NCBI GenBank assembly: GCA_048885535.1
Contig: JBHLLO010000050.1
Span: 1 to 21,654, forward strand
From: Candidatus Hermodarchaeota archaeon
Lineage (GTDB): Archaea; Asgardarchaeota; Lokiarchaeia; Sigyniarchaeales; SOKP01
Direction: 5' to 3'
DNA length: 21,654 bases
Positions 8,017 to 17,044 of the stretch are shown here, one piece after another (positions within the stretch are counted from its first letter, which is position 1; each line of letters opens with the position of its first letter). The notes under the pieces were generated by a model. That model was not told the origin of the DNA and made no database searches. It was given only the letters and a program-made list of their open reading frames with translations. Made by a program: the position numbers and the translations under genes.

Positions 8017-9513
8017 ATGGTTCAGGTTGTGAATGAGAAATCATTCGGTGGAATTTCTCCGAAAAATTTAATTGAAGCAACATATAAAGCTTCGGAAAAT
8101 TTCCAAATTAGAGCATTTTACGAATCGAAAGATGAAATCTTGAAAGCTGCAAAATACTCTGAGAGAGAGTTTTTTGAGATAATAGATGCCATGTTAGACG
8201 CTGAAACTGAACGAAAGATTGTATTAGAGACGCTTAGAGGAAATAAACCCTTATTTTTAGAAGAAATAATAAAAATTGTAAAAGAGTTTCCACCTGATAA
8301 TGTTATACGGGATATAATCTATTTAAAGGAACAAGGATTTATTGAGGAACACATAGAGGTTAAAACTAAAATAGTTATAAAAAAAGTAAAAGGGGAAGAA
8401 AAGGAAGTAGAAGAAAAAGAATATTTCTATAGATATGAAGTAAAGGAATTACCAGATGATTTCATAGAAAATTATTTAGACCCTATTTCAATTGTTTTTG
8501 ATGCTGGTGTATGCTGCCAATGCGGATGGTGTTCCTCAATTTGCCCAGTCAACGCCATTGAAGTCACAGCAGACACTTTAGAAATTGATGATGAAAAATG
8601 TATGAAGTGTGGTTTATGCTTTACCGTTTGCCCCCGTACTTTTTCAATAGATCAAGCCTATAAAAGCATTAAGCAATTAGATAAATATCTTACCTGGTCA
8701 GAGAAAATTGGTGCCTATCTAAATGCTTATTCAGGAGCTACGACCAAAGACGCAATAAAAAAAGTGAAACAAGATGGTGGAGTTGTTACATCCTTGTTAG
8801 AATATCTATTAGAGAATAAGTTGGTGGATGCGATCATTGCTGTGCAACATTCAAAAGATTTATGGAGACCAGAACCAGTAATAGTTGATAATGTAAAGGA
8901 TTTATATAAGACTGGTGGTACTAAATATGCAAATGCTGCCTCGTTATCAATTATCGAAGCTGCTAAAAAGTATGAGAGAATAGCAGTTGTGGGGGTTCCT
9001 TGTATGATGAAAGCAATTGAGAAAGGAAATCTCTTTCCAAGTGGGTTACCTTTTTTTAAAAACATAAAATATACAATTGGATTGTTTTGTATGGAATCTT
9101 TTCCTTATGAAGGAGTAGTACAGTTAACTAAAGACAAATTCGATAAGGATATTAATGATTTAGTAAAAATGAATATTGATAGTGGAAAGTTCATAATTAA
9201 TTTAAAATCTGGTGAAAAATTAGATATAGATTTGAAAGAAGTTAAATCTTATGCTCGTAATAATTGTCATTATTGTGAAGATTTAACTTCTGATTATGCT
9301 GATATTTCAGTTGGTTCAATTGGATCCCAAGGAGGATGGTCTTCTGTTATTACTCGAACAAAGGAAGGAGATGAAATTTATCAGGGCGCAGTAGATGCTG
9401 GATTAATTGAATCTCAGAGTCTAAAAGAAATTAAGCCAGGATTAGGTCTTTTGGAGCGAATATCAGGATTAAAAAGAAAAAATTGTAAAATAATTGAACT
9501 TAAAAAGGAGTAA
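8017..9513 (+). CDS. FrhB/FdhB-family coenzyme F420 oxidoreductase beta subunit with N-terminal helical/winged-helix-like extension and ferredoxin domain
   Basis: Motifs CCQCGWCSSICP, CMKCGLCFTVCP, QDGGVVTSLL, GTKY, VGVPC, IGLFCME and CHYCEDLTSDYADISVGSIGS. The start was moved to ATG 8017 because the track start at 7957 lies inside the SECIS. Confidence 0.88.
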   Translation: MVQVVNEKSFGGISPKNLIEATYKASENFQIRAFYESKDEILKAAKYSEREFFEIIDAMLDAETERKIVLETLRGNKPLFLEEIIKIVKEFPPDNVIRDIIYLKEQGFIEEHIEVKTKIVIKKVKGEEKEVEEKEYFYRYEVKELPDDFIENYLDPISIVFDAGVCCQCGWCSSICPVNAIEVTADTLEIDDEKCMKCGLCFTVCPRTFSIDQAYKSIKQLDKYLTWSEKIGAYLNAYSGATTKDAIKKVKQDGGVVTSLLEYLLENKLVDAIIAVQHSKDLWRPEPVIVDNVKDLYKTGGTKYANAASLSIIEAAKKYERIAVVGVPCMMKAIEKGNLFPSGLPFFKNIKYTIGLFCMESFPYEGVVQLTKDKFDKDINDLVKMNIDSGKFIINLKSGEKLDIDLKEVKSYARNNCHYCEDLTSDYADISVGSIGSQGGWSSVITRTKEGDEIYQGAVDAGLIESQSLKEIKPGLGLLERISGLKRKNCKIIELKKE

Positions 9514-9517
9514 TATT

Positions 9518-10630
9518 ATGAGTTCAAAAACTTTTGAAGATTTAATCAAAGAAGTCCACGAAAAGGGTATTTGTCAAGAATGTGGAGGTTGTGTATCATT
9601 CTGTTCTTCAGCGGAGTATGATGTAATTGGCTTAAAGGATCAATATAAACCTCCTGAATATATTAATAAAGATAAATGTCTCGAGTGTGGCATCTGTTAT
9701 TATTTATGTCCGCAAACTCATATACTAGACGATGATTTGAATAATATATACAATTTCTCAGACTTTTCTTCAACACCTATAGGACATTATGTAGATATAT
9801 ATTCCTGTCAGGCTACTGATCCAGAATTTTTAAAATATGGTACTGATGGTGGAGTTGTTAATTCAATTATTAATTTCTTAATTGAAACGAAGGTAATAGA
9901 TGGTGCCATAGTATCTAAAACTGATGCTCCTTTTTCTAGAGAAGCAACATTTGCTGATAGCAAGTATGATTTATTAAAAGCCTCAGGAGCCAAATTAGAT
10001 ATAACTCCACAATTAAATGAGATACAAAAATTTTGTACATATACTCATTCTATTCCAAAATTAAATCATTACAAGTTTAAAAAATTAGCAATAGTTGGCA
10101 CACCGTGTCAGATATATACTATTAGATGTATGCAAGATTTAGGAGTCACTCCCTCTGAAAATGTTGAGATTTGTCTTGGTTTGTTTTGTTATGAGAACTT
10201 TTTTTTTGAAAAATTTCAAATTGAAAAATTTGAAAAAGACTTTAATATACAATTTAAAGATATTATAAAGATAAATATTAAGAAAGATGTGATTTTTAAA
10301 CTAAGGAGTGAGGGTCCTACCGAAAAAATCATTAATATTCCTTTTAATCATTTGGACGATTATATGCGACCAGCGTGTAATGCTTGTAGTGATTTTACTA
10401 ATATTTACGCAGATATATCATTTGGGGGATTAGGATCTCCAGATAAACACACAACTGTAATAATTCGAACTAATAAAGGAAAAGAAGTGTTTAAAAAAGC
10501 TGTTAATGCAGGGATAATAACCAGCAGAGAGATGGATGAGATAAAAAAGAAGAAAATGTTAGAATCAATTATAGAATATTCAAAATCAAAAGTATCACGC
10601 AAAGAAAAATTTATGCAGAAAATAACTTAA
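9518..10630 (+). CDS. Second FrhB/FdhB-family F420 oxidoreductase beta subunit
   Basis: Motifs CQECGGCVSFC, CLECGICYYLCP, TDGGVV, VGTPCQ, LGLFCYENF and CNACSDFTNIYADISFGGLGS. ATG 9518 follows an AAGGAG SD at 9505-9510. Confidence 0.9.
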   Translation: MSSKTFEDLIKEVHEKGICQECGGCVSFCSSAEYDVIGLKDQYKPPEYINKDKCLECGICYYLCPQTHILDDDLNNIYNFSDFSSTPIGHYVDIYSCQATDPEFLKYGTDGGVVNSIINFLIETKVIDGAIVSKTDAPFSREATFADSKYDLLKASGAKLDITPQLNEIQKFCTYTHSIPKLNHYKFKKLAIVGTPCQIYTIRCMQDLGVTPSENVEICLGLFCYENFFFEKFQIEKFEKDFNIQFKDIIKINIKKDVIFKLRSEGPTEKIINIPFNHLDDYMRPACNACSDFTNIYADISFGGLGSPDKHTTVIIRTNKGKEVFKKAVNAGIITSREMDEIKKKKMLESIIEYSKSKVSRKEKFMQKIT

Positions 10631-10729
10631 AGAGGGAAAAGTATAACAGAATCAAAAAGAGATTTAGAAAGGAAGAAAATATTCGGTGATACGTTAGAAT
10701 ATTTAGAAAAAATCTATGAATCAAACTTA

Positions 10730-11890
10730 ATGAGTTTACTAAAAAAGTGTTATCAATGCGGACGTTGTAGTGGTGTCTGTCAATTAAGTAAAGTGCAAAA
10801 GTTTCCTCCAAGTAGGATAATTCAATTAATCTTAGAAGGGTTTGAGGATAAAGTATTGAATTCAGGTGTTTTATGGGATTGCCTTACGTGTAATCAATGT
10901 TTAAAAGATTGTCCTGAGAAAATCAACTTTGCAGATATAGTTAGAATTGCAAGGTATAAAATGAGACATGAAGCAAACCAAAAATCCGATGAACTCATTG
11001 CTCATAAGGGAATTTACACAACAATAGCAGAAATAATGAGTAGACCATATATAACTCCAGAAAGATCATTGGATTGGGTACCGAAAGGCTGTAAAATATC
11101 CGATAAAGGAGAGCTTCTTTATTATGTAGGATGTCTGCCTTTTTATGAATATGAATTTGAAGATTCAGATACTATAGCTAAAAGTACTCTAAATCTTTTA
11201 TGTCAAATTGAACAGAAACCAATAGTAGTTTTAAAAGAAGAAAGTTGCTGCGGTCACGATCTTTACTGGGGACAGGGCAAATTGAAGACGTTTATCAAAT
11301 TAGCGAAGAAGAACTTGGAGAAATTCGAAAAAGCGGGAGTCTCCACCATAATAACCGCATGTGCAGAATGTTATCGAACCTTTAAAGTTGATTATCCTAA
11401 TATTTTTGAGAACTTTTCAACTAAATTTAATGTAAAACATATAATTGAATATATTTACGATAAATGGAAACAAAATAAAATATTTTTTAAGAAACCAAGT
11501 AAAAAAGATATAGATACAACATTCACGTATCACGATCCTTGCAGATTAAGTAGATTTTTACCAGAGGACAATAATTTAACTGAAAAAGTAAGAGAAATTT
11601 TTAATGAATTAACAAAGCTAGGTTTTAATTTTAAGGAAATGAAACATAATAAGCAAAATTCTCTCTGCTGTGGAGTAAATTCTTGGATGAACTGTAATGA
11701 GAGATCTAAAGCCCTTAGATATAAACGTATGCTAGAAGCAAAATCAGCAGCATCCTTAATGATTACTACTTGTCCTAAATGTGAAATTCACTTTAAATGT
11801 CTACAGAATGATTTCGAAGATATTGCAAATATTAAGATTTTGGATTTTTCAGAATTCATAATAAACAACCTAGAAATAGTTGAGGGATAG
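10730..11890 (+). CDS. HdrD/GlpC-like Fe-S protein (HdrC-type 2[4Fe-4S] domain plus two CCG domains); start may be ATA at 10643
   Basis: Motifs CYQCGRCSGVC and WDCLTCNQCLKDCP, then YYVGC...CCG...TACAEC and YHDPC...CCG...TTCPKC. Confidence 0.88.
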   Translation: MSLLKKCYQCGRCSGVCQLSKVQKFPPSRIIQLILEGFEDKVLNSGVLWDCLTCNQCLKDCPEKINFADIVRIARYKMRHEANQKSDELIAHKGIYTTIAEIMSRPYITPERSLDWVPKGCKISDKGELLYYVGCLPFYEYEFEDSDTIAKSTLNLLCQIEQKPIVVLKEESCCGHDLYWGQGKLKTFIKLAKKNLEKFEKAGVSTIITACAECYRTFKVDYPNIFENFSTKFNVKHIIEYIYDKWKQNKIFFKKPSKKDIDTTFTYHDPCRLSRFLPEDNNLTEKVREIFNELTKLGFNFKEMKHNKQNSLCCGVNSWMNCNERSKALRYKRMLEAKSAASLMITTCPKCEIHFKCLQNDFEDIANIKILDFSEFIINNLEIVEG

Positions 11891-11894
11891 TAGA

Positions 11895-14800
11895 ATGGAA
11901 GGATCTGTCTTAGTGATAGGTGGTGGTATAGCAGGAATTCAAACTTCATTAGATTTAACAGAGTTAGGATTCAAGGTCTATTTAGTGGAAAGAAATCCAT
12001 CAATCGGTGGCCGTATGGCACAACTTGATAAAACTTTTCCAACAAATGATTGTAGCCTTTGTATCTTGGCTCCTAAAATGGTGGAAGTCTTTAGAAATCC
12101 AAATATAGAACTCATGACTTATCATGAAGTATTAAGTGTATCTGGGAAAGTTGGAGACTTCACAATTAAAATTTTAAAAAAGCCAAGATATATAGATGAA
12201 ACGAAATGTAAGGGATGTGGCGATTGTTCTCAACGTTGTCCAAAAATTGAGGTTCCAAATTTATTTGATATGAAGTTAGGCAAAAGAAAATCTGTATACA
12301 TCCCCTTCCCGCAAGCTGTGCCTCCTATTTATCTAATAGATCCTGAAATCTGCCTTAAATTGACTAAAGGGGTATGCGGTGTATGTGAGAAAGTCTGTGA
12401 AGCTGAAGCAATTGATTACGAACAGAAACCTCAAGAAATTAACATTAATGTGGGAGCAATTGTGGTTGCAACTGGGTTTGATATGCCCGCAGAAGAATTA
12501 TCATCCAGATGGGGTTATCATTATAAAAATGTAATTAGTGCTTTAGAATATGAAAGAATTTTATGTGCTTCAGGACCATTCGGAGGGCACGTCTTACGTC
12601 CAAGTGATGAAACTGAGCCTGAAAAGATTGCTTTTATACAATGCGCTGGTTCAAGAGACTTACATGAAAATGTCCCTTATTGCTCAAGTGTTTGTTGTAT
12701 GTATATCAGTAAGGAAGCTATTATCACTAAAGAACATTCAGAAAAGGCAAAATGCTTTGTCTTTAGACACGATATTCGAGCTTATGGTAAAAACTTCTAT
12801 GAATTTACCCAGAGAGCGCAAAATGAATATGGTGTAGAATATTTTCAAACTAAGATAAGTCGAATCGAAGAGGATCCAGATACTAATGATTTGATTATAC
12901 ACTATGAAGATTTGCAAACAGGAGAGTTTAAGGATTTCAGAAGTAATTTAGTAGTATTAGCTACACCATTAGTTCCATCAAGTGGTACAGTTGAATTGAG
13001 CAAAAATGTAGGTATAGAATTAGATAAATATAATTTCTTTAAAGAAAGATCATATTTTAATAAATCACTGTCATCAAAGGAGGGTGTGTTCTTATGTGGT
13101 TTTTGTCAAGGACCAATGGATATTCCAGAAACCGTAGCAGATGCAAGTGGAGTAGCATCCCAAATTGCTTTACTACTAAATTCTGTAAAGTTCAAAGCCA
13201 TAAAAGAAAAAATTAGGGAGAAAGCTGAATTAGAAGTTAAAATCTCTGATGAACCTCGAATCGGGGTTTTAATTTGTCATTGCGGGATAAATATTGGAAA
13301 ATATATTGATGTCTCTGGAGTTGTGGAATATGTGAAAACTTTACCTTACGTAGCTCACTGTGAAGCCAATCTATATTCTTGTTCAAGTGATTCTCAAGCA
13401 CGAATTAAAGAAGTGATTGAGGAAGAAAATTTAAACAGGTTTATTGTTGCTTCTTGTACTCCTCGAACTCATGAAGCCTTGTTTCAAGAAACCTGCCAAG
13501 AAGCCGGTTTGAATAAATACTTGTTCGAGATGGTTAATATTCGCGATCAATGTTCTTGGGTTCATATGAATGAGTACGAATTTGCTACTGAAAAAGCCAA
13601 AGATTTAATTAGAATGGCTGTCGCAAAAGCTCGTTTATTGAAACCTCTCAAAGAAGCACTATTAGACATAACTCCAACAGCCTTAATAATTGGTGGTGGA
13701 GTTTCAGGTATGACTGCAGCTTTAAATATCTCTAATCAAGGATTTAAAGTATTTTTAGTAGAAAAAGAAAAGAAACTAGGAGGAATTTTGAATAACTTAA
13801 ACATTTTATACCCTGTTCATGAGGATGCTTCAAAATTTCTGGAGAATATAATAAGTAAAGTAAAAAGCAACAAAAACATTGAATTATTTTTAACCTCTAA
13901 AATTGAAAGTATAAAAGGTTATATTGGAAATTATGATGTTGCAATTATTGACTCAAAACAAAAAGTTCATAATTGTAAAATTGGAACTATTATAGTCGCA
14001 ACAGGAGCCCAAGAATTAAAACCAAATGGTATTTTTCAATACGATGAAAAAAACAAAAACGTAATTACTCAACTCGAATTGGAGGAGAAATTAAAAAGCA
14101 AAAATGTATCATGGTTAGATAAAATTGAAAGAATAACGGTTATTTTATGCGTAAACTCTCGGCAAAAAGAAGGAATAACATATTGTTCTAATGTTTGCTG
14201 TGGAGTAGGTATTAAGAATTTAAGTTTATTAAAGGAATTAAAACCTGAAATTGAGATTGTCGTTCTTTATAGAGATTTGCAAATGGCTAAGAAAGAATTT
14301 GAAGATTATTATCGAGAGCGTCGAAAAAATGCAATATTTCTTAGATATGATTTAGAAAGATTACCAAAAATCAAAAAAGTCAATAATAAAGAGGAAAAAT
14401 ATAAAATTAGTTTATTTGATACTAATTTACAAGAAGATATTGAATTTGATACAGATTTAATAATACTGTCAACTCCTATGATTCCTGATAGTAACTTAAA
14501 AGAGTTAGCAAAAATGCTTAAAGTACCATTAGATAAGAATGGATTTTTCTTAGAAGCCCATGTTAAACTTAGACCTTTAGATTTCGCAACTGACGGAATA
14601 TTTCTAAGTGGTTGCGCTCAATGGCCGAAAAATGTTCAAGATGCAATTGCTCAAGCTAATGGTGCTGCTGGAAGGGCTAGTAGATTTTTAAGTGCGAAAA
14701 CTATAACAACTTCAGGATTAATAGCTGAAGTAAATACAGGCAGATGTATTGGATGCGGAAAATGTGAATCTGTTTGCCCATATAACGCTATTGAACTTAA

Positions 14801-14978
14801 AGAAGTATTAATGGAGTTTGAGGAAATTAGCATAAAGGTAGCAAAATCGTTCATTAACACAGCATTATGTAAGGGTTGCGGTACTTGTGCGGCTACATGT
14901 CCAAACGGAGCAATTTCAGTTAAGCATTATGATTTTGATCAAATATACGCTATGATCGAATCTTATTTATTAGAATGA
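11895..14978 (+). CDS. hdrA: Large HdrA-like flavoprotein with two FAD modules (Cys-containing)
   Basis: Two FAD motifs (GGGIAG and GGGVSG), TFPTNDCSLCILAPKM, an internal CHCG...CTPRTHE...NIRDQCSW module and ferredoxin motifs. ATG 11895 follows a GAGGGA SD and matches the start of the paralog at 17365. Confidence 0.92.
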   Translation: MEGSVLVIGGGIAGIQTSLDLTELGFKVYLVERNPSIGGRMAQLDKTFPTNDCSLCILAPKMVEVFRNPNIELMTYHEVLSVSGKVGDFTIKILKKPRYIDETKCKGCGDCSQRCPKIEVPNLFDMKLGKRKSVYIPFPQAVPPIYLIDPEICLKLTKGVCGVCEKVCEAEAIDYEQKPQEININVGAIVVATGFDMPAEELSSRWGYHYKNVISALEYERILCASGPFGGHVLRPSDETEPEKIAFIQCAGSRDLHENVPYCSSVCCMYISKEAIITKEHSEKAKCFVFRHDIRAYGKNFYEFTQRAQNEYGVEYFQTKISRIEEDPDTNDLIIHYEDLQTGEFKDFRSNLVVLATPLVPSSGTVELSKNVGIELDKYNFFKERSYFNKSLSSKEGVFLCGFCQGPMDIPETVADASGVASQIALLLNSVKFKAIKEKIREKAELEVKISDEPRIGVLICHCGINIGKYIDVSGVVEYVKTLPYVAHCEANLYSCSSDSQARIKEVIEEENLNRFIVASCTPRTHEALFQETCQEAGLNKYLFEMVNIRDQCSWVHMNEYEFATEKAKDLIRMAVAKARLLKPLKEALLDITPTALIIGGGVSGMTAALNISNQGFKVFLVEKEKKLGGILNNLNILYPVHEDASKFLENIISKVKSNKNIELFLTSKIESIKGYIGNYDVAIIDSKQKVHNCKIGTIIVATGAQELKPNGIFQYDEKNKNVITQLELEEKLKSKNVSWLDKIERITVILCVNSRQKEGITYCSNVCCGVGIKNLSLLKELKPEIEIVVLYRDLQMAKKEFEDYYRERRKNAIFLRYDLERLPKIKKVNNKEEKYKISLFDTNLQEDIEFDTDLIILSTPMIPDSNLKELAKMLKVPLDKNGFFLEAHVKLRPLDFATDGIFLSGCAQWPKNVQDAIAQANGAAGRASRFLSAKTITTSGLIAEVNTGRCIGCGKCESVCPYNAIELKEVLMEFEEISIKVAKSFINTALCKGCGTCAATCPNGAISVKHYDFDQIYAMIESYLLE

Positions 14979-14997
14979 GAATAAGGAGAAAATTTGG

Positions 14998-15435
14998 ATG
15001 CCAAAAGCAAAAGCAAAGGTGAAAGGTCAAGAATTTAACCCTGAAATCTTAGTATTCTGTTGTAACTGGTGTAGTTATGCTGGAGCGGATTTAGCAGGGG
15101 TTTCAAGGTTCCAATATCCTCCCAATATGAGAATAGTAAGGGTTATGTGTTCTGGAAGAGTCGACCCTGCATTTGTTTTAAAGGCTTTAAAGGAAGGAGC
15201 TGATGGAGTATTAATCACAGGTTGTCATATTGGTGATTGTCATTATATTTCCGGAAATGAGTATGCTAAAGAAAGATTTGAAAGATTGCATAATGTTATT
15301 ATTAAACAACTTGGAATTAATGAAAAAAGAGTAAGGTTAGAATGGGTCTCAGCGTCAGAAGGGAAGCGGTTTGCTGATTTAATTACTGATTTTACAAATC
15401 AGATAAAAGAGTTAGGACCTTTAAAAGTACTATAG
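14998..15435 (+). CDS. mvhD: MvhD/FlpD [2Fe-2S] subunit (Cys-containing)
   Basis: Motifs FCCNWCSYAGADLAG, RVMCSGRVDP, GADGVLITGCHIGDCHY and WVSASEG. AAGGAG SD upstream. Confidence 0.95.
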   Translation: MPKAKAKVKGQEFNPEILVFCCNWCSYAGADLAGVSRFQYPPNMRIVRVMCSGRVDPAFVLKALKEGADGVLITGCHIGDCHYISGNEYAKERFERLHNVIIKQLGINEKRVRLEWVSASEGKRFADLITDFTNQIKELGPLKVL

Positions 15436-15522
15436 ACATAATCTATAACGTTTATTTTAAGAAAAATTTATCATACATAGTATCTTCAATCATTACATTA
15501 GGTAAGATTCTATTTTCTTTAC

Positions 15523-16446
15523 ATGTCAAGATATAAAGTTATCATTGATTGCGATCCTGGGTTAGGTAAGAGAGCTGCTGAAGTAGATGATGGTCTAGCT
15601 ATATTTTTAATGCTAAATAATCCTGATATCTTTGATATTATTGGGATCACCACTGTTTATGGAAACACACCAGTAGAGGTAGGTTATAAATTAGTGAAAA
15701 AGTATTTAAAATTAGCAAACAGGAGAGAGATTCCTAACTTTAAAGGTGCTACATCAAGATATACTTTAGGGACCTTAACAGATGCTTCGAGGTTTATTAT
15801 TAGTAAAATTCAAGAATATGAACATGAAATAATATTACTTACGCTTGGACCCTTAACTAATATTGCAACAATATTTATGGAGTTTCCTAATTTGATTGAA
15901 AAAATTAAAAAGATAATCTTCATAGGAGGTACAATCGAACCAACTTCAGCCTTCAGTCCACCTTTTATATTTGAAGATGGCCTATCTGAATTGGTTGAAT
16001 TCAATTTTCAAAATGATCCAATGGCTGCAAAAGTTATGTTTGACACAGAAACTCTCATTCCAAGAATAGGACTAGGTTTAGATATTTGTTGTCAAGCTGT
16101 TTTTAAAGAAGAACATCTTGAACGAATCAAATCTGTAAAGAGCCCTATCACGAATTTTATAGTAGAAAATTCAGAAGGGTGGTTAAATGTTTGGAAATTT
16201 AATAAAAGTGAGGGATTTTACCCATTTGATGTATTTGTCCCCATTTACATGTTGAATCCTGAATTATTTACTACTATTGATTTATATATAACTATTGATA
16301 CAGATGAAACACCTGGACGTATAATTAAATTAAAAAGTAAACATAAAAACATAGCACCAGTAACTTTTTGTATGAATTTTCAAAGATCTGATGGCAATAA
16401 GCAATTTATGGAGATTCTTATTGAAAATTTAATTAAAACAGAATAA
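15523..16446 (+). CDS. Inosine/uridine-preferring nucleoside hydrolase family protein
   Basis: Motifs IIDCDPG...DDGLA, ITTVYGN, LGPLTNIA, EFNFQNDPMAA and GLD. Confidence 0.88.
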   Translation: MSRYKVIIDCDPGLGKRAAEVDDGLAIFLMLNNPDIFDIIGITTVYGNTPVEVGYKLVKKYLKLANRREIPNFKGATSRYTLGTLTDASRFIISKIQEYEHEIILLTLGPLTNIATIFMEFPNLIEKIKKIIFIGGTIEPTSAFSPPFIFEDGLSELVEFNFQNDPMAAKVMFDTETLIPRIGLGLDICCQAVFKEEHLERIKSVKSPITNFIVENSEGWLNVWKFNKSEGFYPFDVFVPIYMLNPELFTTIDLYITIDTDETPGRIIKLKSKHKNIAPVTFCMNFQRSDGNKQFMEILIENLIKTE

Positions 16447-16486
16447 TTTATATATTTAAATTTGAAAAACCAAAAAACTAAATTGT

Positions 16487-17044
16487 ATGGCTAAAAATTC
16501 TAATTCTTCAGAGGAAGATGACTGGTTTCAATTAGCATTAATCTTTAAGAAAAAAGAAGATTATAATGAAGTAATTGAGAATTGTAAAAAAATATTAGAA
16601 ATAAATCCTAACTATGTTAAAGCATGGTTTTTGCTCTCTATAGCATATAGACAAATCGGAAAAATTGAAGATTCTTTAAAAGCTTTTAGAGAAACCTTTG
16701 AAATAGAGTCCGTCGAAAAATCGGAGTGGTATGAAATAGCAATAGAATATTATCAAAAAGAAGATACAAGTCAGCTAGTAAAATCAATAGAAAATATTTT
16801 ATTTTTTGATAAAGATAAAAAAGAAGATTGGATTCAGCTTGCTTCAAGTTATGAAAAGTTTAATCTTTTCATTGAAGCATATAATGCTTATAGGAAGGCA
16901 TTAAATATAGATCCTCTTGATATGCAGATCTTAAATAAAATTGGTCATCTTTATAATAAAATTGAAGAAATCTCGGAAAAAGACATAAAAAAAAGAGAAA
17001 AATTATTATTTAAAAATTATAAGATTAAACCTAAAAATCATTAA
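16487..17044 (+). CDS. Tetratricopeptide repeat protein
   Basis: TPR-like motifs KILEINPNYVKAWFLLSIAYRQIGKIEDSLKAF and AYNAYRKALNIDP. Confidence 0.85.
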   Translation: MAKNSNSSEEDDWFQLALIFKKKEDYNEVIENCKKILEINPNYVKAWFLLSIAYRQIGKIEDSLKAFRETFEIESVEKSEWYEIAIEYYQKEDTSQLVKSIENILFFDKDKKEDWIQLASSYEKFNLFIEAYNAYRKALNIDPLDMQILNKIGHLYNKIEEISEKDIKKREKLLFKNYKIKPKNH

